A stretch of DNA of 64,000 nt from an uncultured Gammaproteobacteria bacterium (GTDB taxonomy: Bacteria > Patescibacteriota > Patescibacteriia > Magasanikbacterales > GWA2-37-8). The stretch covers positions 1,212,312-1,276,311 of the forward strand of contig CAZQUL010000001.1 of the NCBI GenBank assembly GCA_964596525.1, read 5' to 3'. Below, piece after piece: positions 37,230 to 46,144 of the stretch. The notes under the pieces are model-generated. The model saw nothing but the letters and a program-made list of their open reading frames with translations, ran no database searches and was not told where the DNA came from. The translations under genes and the position numbers were made by a program. The stretch's first letter is position 1, and every line of letters starts with the position of its first letter.

Positions 37230-37989
37230 CGAACCAACTTCTCCTTCCACACCCACCACCTCCCCCACCCCAGCTTCCGCACCAACGCGCGAAACAATTT
37301 TGAACGCGATCGAAAAAAATGAAATCAAACCTCGTTCGCGTGCCTATTTCGTGTTGTGCGGACTTTTAAGCATCATCGGCTGCATTGTCGTGGCAATCAG
37401 TCTCATGTTCATGGCGAGCCTCATTGTTTTTTCTGCGGAACGGCGCGGATTATTGGACGTTCCAGCTTTCGGCTTGTCCGGCTGGTACGCGTTTTTCTCG
37501 TCGCTTCCTTGGCTTCTCATCATTGGTTGTCTGGTGTTTGTTGCTGTTTTGGAACTTCTCGTACGACGGCACCGCTTTGCCTACCGCGCACCGCTCTTGT
37601 ACTCGGTGGGCGGTATTTTCCTCCTTACGCTCGTGGCTGGCTGGTGGGTGGCCAAAACGCCGCTCCATCCGGCCGTTTCACAGTACGCAAACGAGCATCG
37701 CCGGGCGTTTCTCGTACCACTTTACGAGCGTTTTTCAGTGCCGATCGAGGGACGCATCGTACGCGGACAGATTGAATATTTCTCTGATGGGGGTTTTAGC
37801 CTAAGCGTGCGTCGGCACACTTCCATCCCCATCATGGTAAACGGCAAAACGCGCATCATTCCACCCAATAACCGACTAGCCACCGGAACATTCGTCGTGG
37901 TGTTCGGACAACCTAGTCCCGAGGGTATGCGCGCGACTGGCATCAAGATCATCACCCCGGCCACCTGGGAACGCGATATAAAACGCTAA
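37222..37989 (+). CDS. multi-TM membrane protein, putative anti-sigma factor
   Basis: ATG 37222 overlaps the sigma stop; three TM helices and an extracellular C-terminus. Confidence 0.7.
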   Translation: MNNEPTSPSTPTTSPTPASAPTRETILNAIEKNEIKPRSRAYFVLCGLLSIIGCIVVAISLMFMASLIVFSAERRGLLDVPAFGLSGWYAFFSSLPWLLIIGCLVFVAVLELLVRRHRFAYRAPLLYSVGGIFLLTLVAGWWVAKTPLHPAVSQYANEHRRAFLVPLYERFSVPIEGRIVRGQIEYFSDGGFSLSVRRHTSIPIMVNGKTRIIPPNNRLATGTFVVVFGQPSPEGMRATGIKIITPATWERDIKR

Positions 37990-38002
37990 GCGGATCAACA
38001 AT

Positions 38003-38042
38003 AAAATTCCCACCGAGGAAACCCTCTGGTGGGAATTTTTTT
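38003..38042. terminator. bidirectional terminator
   Basis: AAAATTCCCACC..GGTGGGAATTTT between convergent genes. Confidence 0.75.
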
Positions 38043-38047
38043 CAGAT

Positions 38048-39412
38048 TTACCAGTGAACCCGAGCCGCCTGCCAGGCCTCGATGAACGAGGACGGATAGT
38101 CGGTACGCAGCCGAAAGGCCGCGACAGCACCCCCGGAAGGAACATCCGCAGCCTCGTGCGCAAGAGCCGCGGCAGCATACCGATGTGCCTCGCAAAACGG
38201 CTTGGGCTCACCGTTATGAACCACGTAGTAGGCGTGCGTCTTGGGGTTGATCTTCTGCGCTGAAAGGAAACAGCAGGTCAGATACCCCTCGTCTGCAAGC
38301 TGCTGCTCATAGGCGCGTGCCTCTTCGCGCGTCGGGAAAAGGCGGTAGCTGGGCGGCGCGGTCGCAAGCGTGAGTGTAATGCCGTGCGGCAATTCCCGCG
38401 GATCCGGCATATGCCCCCACAGCGCGTAAATAAGCTCCCGGACGTGCCGATCAGGCGAGGTCAGCGCCTGGTCGATGGTGAGCCGCCCGCTCTTGAACAG
38501 GTGCGGCAGGCAGATTTCGCGCAAGACTCCTTCCAGGACCAGGTGGGCAGGGTTCGTATAAAAATTCTTCCAGAGGAGTACGCGCAAATAGAGAAACTCC
38601 CGCAGCGCATCGGCATCGAGCACGAGCGTGCCGCTGAAAACCTGAGCAGTCTGCCAGATGGAAAGCGCCACCCGCCAATCATGCTCAAGGATGCGCGCAA
38701 AGCACGAGCAGCACCCAGCATTCTTGACGTATCTGACGATCTGGGTAAGGTCTGAAGCCATGTACCCGAGCGAATCGCACAGATTGTGCAACTGGCCGTC
38801 GACCCCCTTTTCGAACCGAACCGCATTCTCGACAATCGTGGGCGTATCCCCGGGAAAACCGTAGCGCTCGCAGAGAAGCTTGAAGCCGCTGGCGGCACGC
38901 ACGAAAATCTGCGTGACATTGCGGTCTTCGTCCATAGCCTCGGCCTGCTCTTTGTTGAGACGCGCGGCGGTCTTGGTGGCATCACCATAAGCCGGCATGC
39001 CGGCGTCGTGGACAAGCGCCTGCAGGATGCCGAGGTTGATAGCAGCTTCACTGTGGCCAAGACGCATACGCGTCGCTGCCTGGAGCGCTGCCACACCGAC
39101 GCTGTGGTGCCAGCGGGTATGCAAAAGCGTATGCGGACCGGGCGGAAATGGCTTGTTCTGGCCATCGAGCGCGCACCAACCGGTGAGGCCAGCGAGCTGG
39201 GCCTTGCCATCAATGCGGTTAAGACCGAGAAAACGGAGAATGTCGTGCACCAACCCGCCATCGAGCACAACGATAAACTGATCGCCGAACGGGATGCGCT
39301 CTACCTCGTTGTGTAGCTGACCAAGATCAGTGACGGGGATGATTACCATTCCTCCGGGCAACGGCCCAAGAGGCAGATCGAGAGACGGCTCAAATGAGAA
39401 CTTCTGATTCAC
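38048..39412 (-). CDS. HD-domain phosphohydrolase (SAMHD1/dNTPase-like)
   Basis: HTRWHHSVGV, ALVHDAG, CDSLGYMASD; GTG start with GAGGTG SD. Confidence 0.75.
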   Translation of the reverse strand: MNQKFSFEPSLDLPLGPLPGGMVIIPVTDLGQLHNEVERIPFGDQFIVVLDGGLVHDILRFLGLNRIDGKAQLAGLTGWCALDGQNKPFPPGPHTLLHTRWHHSVGVAALQAATRMRLGHSEAAINLGILQALVHDAGMPAYGDATKTAARLNKEQAEAMDEDRNVTQIFVRAASGFKLLCERYGFPGDTPTIVENAVRFEKGVDGQLHNLCDSLGYMASDLTQIVRYVKNAGCCSCFARILEHDWRVALSIWQTAQVFSGTLVLDADALREFLYLRVLLWKNFYTNPAHLVLEGVLREICLPHLFKSGRLTIDQALTSPDRHVRELIYALWGHMPDPRELPHGITLTLATAPPSYRLFPTREEARAYEQQLADEGYLTCCFLSAQKINPKTHAYYVVHNGEPKPFCEAHRYAAAALAHEAADVPSGGAVAAFRLRTDYPSSFIEAWQAARVHW

Positions 39413-39620
39413 GGTACACCTCTTTTTTAACGTGCAAGCTTGAGGCCACCTTACTCAAGCGGATGCACTCGGTCAATTGTGAATAACATCGATTTTGATA
39501 CATGAAAAAAATAAAAGTGCAAGTGAATAAACTCTGTACCTTGATCCGCAAGTCTCGATACACAGATGGATAGGTCTGGGGAGCACTTCTTTGGCGAGAT
39601 TGGATGGTGAGGCTGATTCA

Positions 39621-39669
39621 GTAGTACAAAAAATCCACCCGCCGTTAGGCAGGTGGATTTTTGTACTAC
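39621..39669 (-). terminator. long hairpin terminator
   Basis: GTAGTACAAAAAATCCACC..GCC-gtta-GGC..GGTGGATTTTTGTACTAC. Confidence 0.7.
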
Positions 39670-39675
39670 GAAAGT

Positions 39676-41427
39676 TTATTTCTCACCAGCCTCTTTTTTG
39701 GAGACGACGACATCTTGGCCGGCAATAAGGCCTTCGGTAATTTCGAGGCGGCCTTCGTTGGCGCGCAAGCCGGTTTTTACGGCAACTTCTTTTTCCGCGC
39801 CGTTTTCGAGAACAAGTACATAGCGGCGATCATCGGCTCCCGTACGCACAACGCGAGTGGGCACCGAGAGAACATTATCTTTCTTTTCGGTCAGAATGCT
39901 GACGTTGGCGGTCATGCCAGGTTTGACGGGCAACGTGGTAGGATCAAGACGAATGCGGACACGGTAATAGACGACATCTTGCACAAGCGTTGCCGCCGGA
40001 TCGATGGTGACCACCTGGCCGGTGAATTTGGTGTCCGGACCAAAAGCATCAAGTACGATCGTGACCGTATCGTTCAGAGTCAATTTGGGCACATCGACTT
40101 CCTGCACATCAACCTGCACTTCGTAGCGCGGCGAAAGGAGTTTGAAGACTATGTCAGCGCTCGAGACCAGTTCACCGACTTTTTTGGCGACTTTGGTAAC
40201 CTGACCGTCGATCGGAGCGCGAATATAGGCTTTTTCGCGATTGGCCACCGCCTGGGCGAGCGAAGCACGCAGCGGAGCGACATCGACAGCGCGGGGAGGG
40301 TTGAGCTTTGCTTGAAGATTAGCAAAGGCCTGCTTGTAAGCAGCTTCCCGAATACTGATGATATTGGTTGCATTAGCCTTAATCTGATCACGCGTGGTAA
40401 CTGCTTTGTTGTACGCGATGCGTAATGACGTTACGCTGTTTTTAGCATTCACGATAGCTTGCTTTTGGGCGACACTGGCGGTAAGTTCAGCCGAAACGCT
40501 CGTGCGGGCAAGTTGAATGGAAGATTTAAAACCATCAAGCAAAGCTTGGGTGAGCGTGCCACCGGGAACGCTGTTAGCCAAAACTTCACTCACGTCAGCA
40601 AGAAGAGCAAGGGTCGCCTGCTGCATAGCTTCGGCTTTCTGCAGGCTTTCATCAATAAGGTCATGGCTTGAAGCTGAAGTAAGCGTGCTGATACGGGAAC
40701 GAGCAGCATCACGAGCAGCTTTGGCCGTGCCGTAGGATAAGCGGGCCTGGTTAAGGGCGGCCGGATTGGCAGTAGAGAGATATGGCTGGAACGACGCCGC
40801 GCCAGTGATATTGTCGACACCGAGCACGTTATCGGCCTGAACGATCGCATCGTCGATTTTGGGAAGCGAAGACTGCAGAGCGGTCACCGCTTTTTCATAG
40901 GCCTGGGTTATAACAACACTCGTACCGGTACTTTCAGCAAGACGCAAATTGTTTTCCGCAGTTAAAACCGCAGCCTCAGCATCGGCAAGAGAGGTTTGTG
41001 TGTCGATTTTAGCCTGGTTTAAAGCAGCTTCAGCCGACTGCACGGCGGATTGATAGTATGTTTTATCTTCGTTCGTAACCGGAGCGAGGCGCTGATTGAG
41101 AGATGCCTGAGCCTGGGCAACGGCAGCGTTAAACTCTGACAAACGCAAATTACCCAAAAGCGTTCCAGCTTTGACGTTCATGCCTTCTTTTACCGTAACA
41201 TTCGCTAAAAGGCCTGGGACTTCAAAGCGGAGGGACAAATCATCAACCGCTTCGAGCTTACCCGTAGCATCTACAGTCTGAAGCAGCGTGCCCTGCTCGA
41301 CTTTGACGGTTTCGTAGGTCGGTGGCGCGTTTTTTTGCTGGTAACTACGATATGAAAAAGCACCCACGATAAGCACGATAATTACCGGGATGTACACTTT
41401 CTTTTGAAGAAAAAACGACAATGACAT
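39676..41427 (-). CDS. second periplasmic adaptor / membrane fusion protein
   Basis: TVDATGKL, IRAPIDG, VQEVDV, VKPGMTANV, LEITEGL.AG. Confidence 0.9.
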   Translation of the reverse strand: MSLSFFLQKKVYIPVIIVLIVGAFSYRSYQQKNAPPTYETVKVEQGTLLQTVDATGKLEAVDDLSLRFEVPGLLANVTVKEGMNVKAGTLLGNLRLSEFNAAVAQAQASLNQRLAPVTNEDKTYYQSAVQSAEAALNQAKIDTQTSLADAEAAVLTAENNLRLAESTGTSVVITQAYEKAVTALQSSLPKIDDAIVQADNVLGVDNITGAASFQPYLSTANPAALNQARLSYGTAKAARDAARSRISTLTSASSHDLIDESLQKAEAMQQATLALLADVSEVLANSVPGGTLTQALLDGFKSSIQLARTSVSAELTASVAQKQAIVNAKNSVTSLRIAYNKAVTTRDQIKANATNIISIREAAYKQAFANLQAKLNPPRAVDVAPLRASLAQAVANREKAYIRAPIDGQVTKVAKKVGELVSSADIVFKLLSPRYEVQVDVQEVDVPKLTLNDTVTIVLDAFGPDTKFTGQVVTIDPAATLVQDVVYYRVRIRLDPTTLPVKPGMTANVSILTEKKDNVLSVPTRVVRTGADDRRYVLVLENGAEKEVAVKTGLRANEGRLEITEGLIAGQDVVVSKKEAGEK

Positions 41428-41520
41428 ACATTATTTACATTAAACCAGGCAATAATCTCATAGCTTACACAAAAAAATGGTAATTGTCAATGGATAAAGT
41501 GCCCTCGACCACTCATATCT

Positions 41521-42981
41521 CTACGTGTTTACCTTCTCCCATTCGAGCGCTTCGGCTAAAAATGAATCCTTGATTTTTAAGAAATATTCCTTCGTCGCCT
41601 CGTACTCATTGGGAATAATACCATCCAAGATAGCTTCCTCAAGCGCACTTTTAATACGGCCGACGGTCGGCCCAGGCTTGAGATTGCACATTGTCATAAT
41701 CTCTTCGCCGCGCACGGGTGATTGGAAGGCACGCAACTTGTCTTTCTCAAGAACTTCAGCGGCCCGTCGTTCAAGATGGTCGTAATTCTTGAGACGACGT
41801 TCTTTTTTAGCCGGATTGCCGGTTGTAATGTCGGCGCGCCCTAAAATTAAAAGGTCGTTAAATTCATCACCAAGGGTAACGATGAGGCGGCGCACGGCGG
41901 AATCCGTAATACCCTCGTCCATAAGAGCAATGGGCTGCAAATGCCAGCGGATAAGTTTGGCAAGATAGAGAATCTTATCGGTCGGCAGGCGCAAGCGGCG
42001 GCCGAGCGCGTTCATCATGCGGCGGCCGACGTGTTCATGACCATGGAACGTCCAACCGATACGCGCCACATAGCGCTTGGTAGCCGGCTTACCAATGTCG
42101 TGAAAAAGTCCGGCGAGTCGTAACCAGACATTATCCGAACGCAAAGCAATATTGTCGACGACTTTGAACGTATGGGTGAGATTGTTTTTGTGACTATGGC
42201 CGTACATATCTTCTACACCGTCAAGTGCCGCGATTTCCGGTAATACGACCTGCATGAGATTGGTGGAAAACATGAGTGCGAGACCAGTCGAGGGCTCGGG
42301 TGTTGCGAGCAGTTTGAGGAGTTCTTCCTGGATGCGCTCGGCGGAAACGATGCGCAGGCGCTCGCGATTGCGGAAGATAGCTTCTTGAACGTAAAGCGGA
42401 AGCGTAAAGCCGAGTTGGGCAGCAAAACGGACAGCACGCATCATGCGCAGCGGGTCGTCGCTAAAGGTAACATCTGGATCGAGTGGTGTGACAAGTTGTT
42501 TTTCGACTAACGCAGAGCGACCGTTGAATGGATCGATAAGGGCGGATTCGATACCTTCGAATGTGGGATGTTCTGCGAGCCAAGCTACCGGTACGGCCAT
42601 GGCGTTGACAGTAAAATCACGGCGCGAGAGATCGTTGTCGAGCGTGGTTTTTACCACGCGGGGTTTGCGCGACGCCGCATCGTATTCTTCGGTGCGGGCA
42701 CTGGCAAATTCCACTTCGCTCATCGTTCCATCCGGTTCACTCATCACGTAGCGGGCAGTATGGAAATCGGGAAATTCTACAAGACTCCCCTCTTTGTTCT
42801 TGAGTTCATCGTAGGCTCGCGCTACCTGAAGCGCATCGCCCACAACAGCGATGTCGATGTCTTTTCTCACGCCTTTGCCCAAAAGAAGATCGCGCACAAA
42901 ACCGCCCACGACGTAGAGGGGCGTTTCCTTTTCTTGACTGAGCGTTACGAGATCTTTAAAAAGCTGGTGCAGATCGATCAT
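41521..42981 (-). CDS. cca: CCA tRNA nucleotidyltransferase with HD domain
   Basis: VVGGFVRDLL, DIDI, DLSRRDFTVNAMA, DDPLRMMRA.RF, HDIGK. Confidence 0.93.
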   Translation of the reverse strand: MIDLHQLFKDLVTLSQEKETPLYVVGGFVRDLLLGKGVRKDIDIAVVGDALQVARAYDELKNKEGSLVEFPDFHTARYVMSEPDGTMSEVEFASARTEEYDAASRKPRVVKTTLDNDLSRRDFTVNAMAVPVAWLAEHPTFEGIESALIDPFNGRSALVEKQLVTPLDPDVTFSDDPLRMMRAVRFAAQLGFTLPLYVQEAIFRNRERLRIVSAERIQEELLKLLATPEPSTGLALMFSTNLMQVVLPEIAALDGVEDMYGHSHKNNLTHTFKVVDNIALRSDNVWLRLAGLFHDIGKPATKRYVARIGWTFHGHEHVGRRMMNALGRRLRLPTDKILYLAKLIRWHLQPIALMDEGITDSAVRRLIVTLGDEFNDLLILGRADITTGNPAKKERRLKNYDHLERRAAEVLEKDKLRAFQSPVRGEEIMTMCNLKPGPTVGRIKSALEEAILDGIIPNEYEATKEYFLKIKDSFLAEALEWEKVNT

Positions 42982-43047
42982 AGCCGGGAGCCTAGTCCCA
43001 TTATAGAAGCCAGGTTAGTGCTGGAATGGTAACAAAATAACGCTGGC

Positions 43048-43076
43048 TTGAAAAGGTTCTTGAGGTATGGTAGGCT
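43048..43076 (+). promoter_or_regulatory. sigma70 promoter of tRNA-Pro(GGG)
   Basis: TTGAAA-N17-TAGGCT with TGn extension. Confidence 0.55.
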
Positions 43077-43094
43077 CAGAACGTACTATCATCA

Positions 43095-43171
43095 CGGGCT
43101 GTAGTTCAGTTGGCTAGAACGCATGCATGGGGTGCATGAGGTCGGAGGTTCAAGTCCTCTCAGCCCGACCA
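43095..43171 (+). tRNA. tRNA-Pro(GGG)
   Basis: CGGGCTG/CAGCCCG acceptor stem, CATGC-atGGGgt-GCATG anticodon arm, TTCAA T loop, encoded CCA. Confidence 0.97.
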
Positions 43172-43229
43172 AAACAATCGTATCATTTTGCAAAAAACCA
43201 TCTCGAACATTTCGGGATGGATTTATTTT

Positions 43230-44345
43230 TTAGTTGATGTAAGCGCCGAGCAGGCAGAAGAGCGTGTGGGCAGCACCCCAGTTCACCTCGGTATGCGCTT
43301 GTTCAACATGGTAGGAAATGATGCCGTGGATCCGGCGATCGGGCGTCAGGAGCTTAAACGAAACGTCTGACTGCACGAACGACAATGGTCGGCGGAAAAA
43401 CACCGCGGTGGGGAAGAAAAAGGGAATTTCCCCAACCGGCGTATCTTCGAAGCCCACTTCGACGCGGGCTGCGACAATACCCTGCAGATACGGCAGGGAG
43501 AACAGCGAGGCACGGGCTCCGATAGTCCCAGCCCACGCGTAATGCCGTGCCGATGTACCCGAATCCTCCCAGCCCGTATGAAATTCGGCTTTGATCTCGC
43601 CGGCACGGTGCGACAGCTCGAAGCCGGCATCAAGGATTTGGCGGAAACGTTCTTCGCTGTGGTGCGGTCGGGTCAAGGAAGTGAACTGAGCCTTAAGTTC
43701 TGCATCACCAACCGGCCGCTCGATCCCGGCCCAGAGGTACAGCGAGGGTGCAAACAACGCATCACTCATGCCTGGGTACGCACCGGACCACGTCGGCGAA
43801 ACAGCCGCACCCGTTTTGAAACCGCCCGGACCTGAATACTGGATGGTCGGTAAAAGGGTCGGCGCATAAAACGGTGTAAGGATACTCAGCAGCGAAACCG
43901 TCGGATAGGGCGAATCACGAAAGTCCTTGGTGGTGATTCCATACACACCAAACGGCGCCATCTGCTGCCCAACGGTCAATGTGAGCTTGTGAAGTGGGGT
44001 GGACACAACCCACAAACGGATGACAGCCTCTTGCAGGAGGGGCGTTATCTGGGTCGTCCTAAAAGCCTCTCCTGCGCCCACGCCCACCTCAACTTCAAGG
44101 CGCTTGTGGGGACTCATGACCACTTTGCAGCCGACGTGACGCACCTGCACGCTTGTGGCGTACGGATACAGCAGCGTCGGAAATTCCTGACCGTTTTTCA
44201 GTTGTGCGACAACCCCCTTGAGGCTGGCGCCACAACCATCCAGATGGACGTGGTCAGTGATGCTTTTTGCGAATCCGGTTTCATCGGCGTAAACCGACGA
44301 CGAAACACCAAGCATCACGGCTAAAACACTGGACCAAATTTTCAT
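43230..44345 (-). CDS. secreted protein resembling an outer-membrane beta-barrel (porin-like)
   Basis: ATG 44345 with GGAGAGGAG SD; signal peptide; alternating beta-strand pattern; LQEAVIRL..LTVGQ..APFG. Confidence 0.6.
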   Translation of the reverse strand: MKIWSSVLAVMLGVSSSVYADETGFAKSITDHVHLDGCGASLKGVVAQLKNGQEFPTLLYPYATSVQVRHVGCKVVMSPHKRLEVEVGVGAGEAFRTTQITPLLQEAVIRLWVVSTPLHKLTLTVGQQMAPFGVYGITTKDFRDSPYPTVSLLSILTPFYAPTLLPTIQYSGPGGFKTGAAVSPTWSGAYPGMSDALFAPSLYLWAGIERPVGDAELKAQFTSLTRPHHSEERFRQILDAGFELSHRAGEIKAEFHTGWEDSGTSARHYAWAGTIGARASLFSLPYLQGIVAARVEVGFEDTPVGEIPFFFPTAVFFRRPLSFVQSDVSFKLLTPDRRIHGIISYHVEQAHTEVNWGAAHTLFCLLGAYIN

Positions 44346-44419
44346 TGTACTCTCCTCTCCGCACAACAGTTTAGTCGATCCGCGTAAATAGTCAAGATAC
44401 CAGGGACTATCCTAAAGAC

Positions 44420-44448
44420 TTGCACGTCTACAAAAATCATGCTACGAT
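44420..44448 (+). promoter_or_regulatory. sigma70 promoter of tRNA-Pro(CGG)
   Basis: TTGCAC-N17-TACGAT with TGn extension. Confidence 0.55.
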
Positions 44449-44463
44449 CGCTCCAGTTTCCTA

Positions 44464-44540
44464 CGGGCTGTAGTTCAGTTGGCTAGAACGCACGGTTCGG
44501 GACCGTGAGGTCGGAGGTTCAAGTCCTCTCAGCCCGACCA
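44464..44540 (+). tRNA. tRNA-Pro(CGG)
   Basis: same body as the tRNA at 43095; anticodon arm CACGG-ttCGGga-CCGTG; encoded CCA. Confidence 0.97.
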
Positions 44541-44547
44541 CATAAAC

Positions 44548-44579
44548 AAAAAACACCGCTTTTCGGACCGGTGTTTTTT
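44548..44579. terminator. bidirectional terminator
   Basis: AAAAAACACCG...CGGTGTTTTTT. Confidence 0.7.
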
Positions 44580-44591
44580 GTTGCGCATCGA

Positions 44592-45299
44592 TTATGGCAG
44601 TTGATGTTTGAGGGCAGAAAAATCCTTGGGTAAAACATGAGCAACGGTTTTGAGCCATTCGTTGGCTTTGGCGTAGTTGGGGCACCAACGGGCTACCTCG
44701 GACCAAAAATGACGCGAGTGGTTGTGGTGGCGCAGGTGAGCAAGCTCATGGACGACCACGTAGTCGATCACATGCGGCGGCGTCATGAGAAGTCGCCAAC
44801 TAAAGTTAAGTGCTCCGGCCGGACTGCACGAACCCCAGCGCGTTGCCGCCTGGGTTATTTTGATGCCTGAATAGGTAAAGTCTCCACGCACCGCAAACAC
44901 TTCAACGCGCGCTGCGATATATTGTTCAGCTGACGACATAAACCATTTCTTAAGCAATTCTTCGGTGCGCCACGCTTGAATAGCTGCTATGTGCCAACCG
45001 TTTTTAAAACGAGGGGTCATTAATGTATTTTGGTAGATGATCGGGTATCGTTCCCCAAGATACCACCACTCCAAGGCCACGGAAGAAGAGGCGCCGGCAG
45101 CACGGCGCCATTCGTTAAATCGTTCCTGCTGGCGTTTGATCCAAGCCGCTGACCGCTCCACGAAATGCCGGATTTCTTCCGGATGGCTGGCATACGGAGC
45201 AGCTACCCGCACCACACCATCACTACCTACCGTCAAAGCGAGCCGTTCGCGGCGGTGAGAGCGCTTGACGATAAAGGAGAGAGGAATATCGCGTGACAT
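44592..45299 (-). CDS. YgjP/DUF45-family zinc metallohydrolase
   Basis: TRWGSCS, LNFSWRL, DYVVVHELAHL..NHS..FW; ATG 45299. Confidence 0.9.
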   Translation of the reverse strand: MSRDIPLSFIVKRSHRRERLALTVGSDGVVRVAAPYASHPEEIRHFVERSAAWIKRQQERFNEWRRAAGASSSVALEWWYLGERYPIIYQNTLMTPRFKNGWHIAAIQAWRTEELLKKWFMSSAEQYIAARVEVFAVRGDFTYSGIKITQAATRWGSCSPAGALNFSWRLLMTPPHVIDYVVVHELAHLRHHNHSRHFWSEVARWCPNYAKANEWLKTVAHVLPKDFSALKHQLP

Positions 45300-45313
45300 A
45301 AGCGAAAAAAATG

Positions 45314-46000
45314 TCACCGCTGGAGATGTTTGTGAGCGATGAGTTTTTCGATACGGGCAAACACATCGAAGCGCTCGATAAGCGGGTTGAGCCAACCCAC
45401 CGTAATGCAATAAAAAGTATCAAAAGGCGCTGTGTGGTGGCGATTGTGGTGCTCAGGAGAAAGAATAAGCCGATGGCGCTGCAAAAAGCGAACGAAGCGC
45501 GGCGCGGTCGGCATGTGAGCCCACTTGTGAATTTGGTTTGTAAGAAAAATTGCAGCAAGGAACGTGAGGAAACCCAAACCAAGGAACCACCACACGGGCT
45601 GCTCTGAGGTACGAAAGAAAACGAACACGGGAATCATGACAATGAGTGATGCAAGGCAGTTTAACCCATTCACTTCGGTAAAGCTGTGGCGCGTGATAGC
45701 GAGCGGATCCACATGATGATGACGGAATGGAAACACGAAATGCGGACCGAAGAAAGGGGTTTTCTCATCACCGAACTGGTCACCGATCCAATGGACAACA
45801 CCCGAGATAAAGTCGGCGGCTACATATGAGACGCCCATAACCGCAAGAGCACCTATACCCGCAAGCCAGAAACCATAGGCTTGCACAACAGAAAAAGCCT
45901 TGCGAACAACTTCAGCCGCAAAAACAGTGCTAAGTACTATAAAACTCCAGGTGGACAGCCACAACACCAGGCGAAACGTGAAGATAGTACTCATACCCAT
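45314..46000 (-). CDS. carF: CarF/TMEM189(PEDS1)/FAD4-family lipid desaturase
   Basis: ADFISGVVHW.GD, FRHHH..P..IT.H, TNQIHKWAH, LILS..HH..HH..PF..FYCIT.GWLN; ATG 46000 or 45994. Confidence 0.88.
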   Translation of the reverse strand: MGMSTIFTFRLVLWLSTWSFIVLSTVFAAEVVRKAFSVVQAYGFWLAGIGALAVMGVSYVAADFISGVVHWIGDQFGDEKTPFFGPHFVFPFRHHHVDPLAITRHSFTEVNGLNCLASLIVMIPVFVFFRTSEQPVWWFLGLGFLTFLAAIFLTNQIHKWAHMPTAPRFVRFLQRHRLILSPEHHNRHHTAPFDTFYCITVGWLNPLIERFDVFARIEKLIAHKHLQR

Positions 46001-46028
46001 GTACCACGGACAAAAGTGACGAACAGTG

Positions 46029-46099
46029 CGCGGGGTGAGGGAATCGAACCCCCGACAACGGTTTTGGAGACCGTAGTTATACCATTTAACTAACCCCGC
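46029..46099 (-). tRNA. tRNA-Trp(CCA), 3' CCA not encoded
   Basis: GCGGGGT/ACCCCGC acceptor stem, ACGGT-ctCCAaa-ACCGT anticodon arm, TTCGA T loop. Confidence 0.95.
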
Positions 46100-46144
46100 A
46101 GGTTCAGGCGGCAGCGCCACCTGAGCGTACCATAGGCTTTACGG

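Noticed and set aside
43095-46099. Prophage or integrative element at the tRNA genes
   Set aside because: No integrase, phage structural genes or partial-tRNA att duplication seen
46001-46120. N-terminal extension of the CarF ORF in the ORF track
   Set aside because: Overlaps tRNA-Trp; the real start is ATG 46000 or 45994
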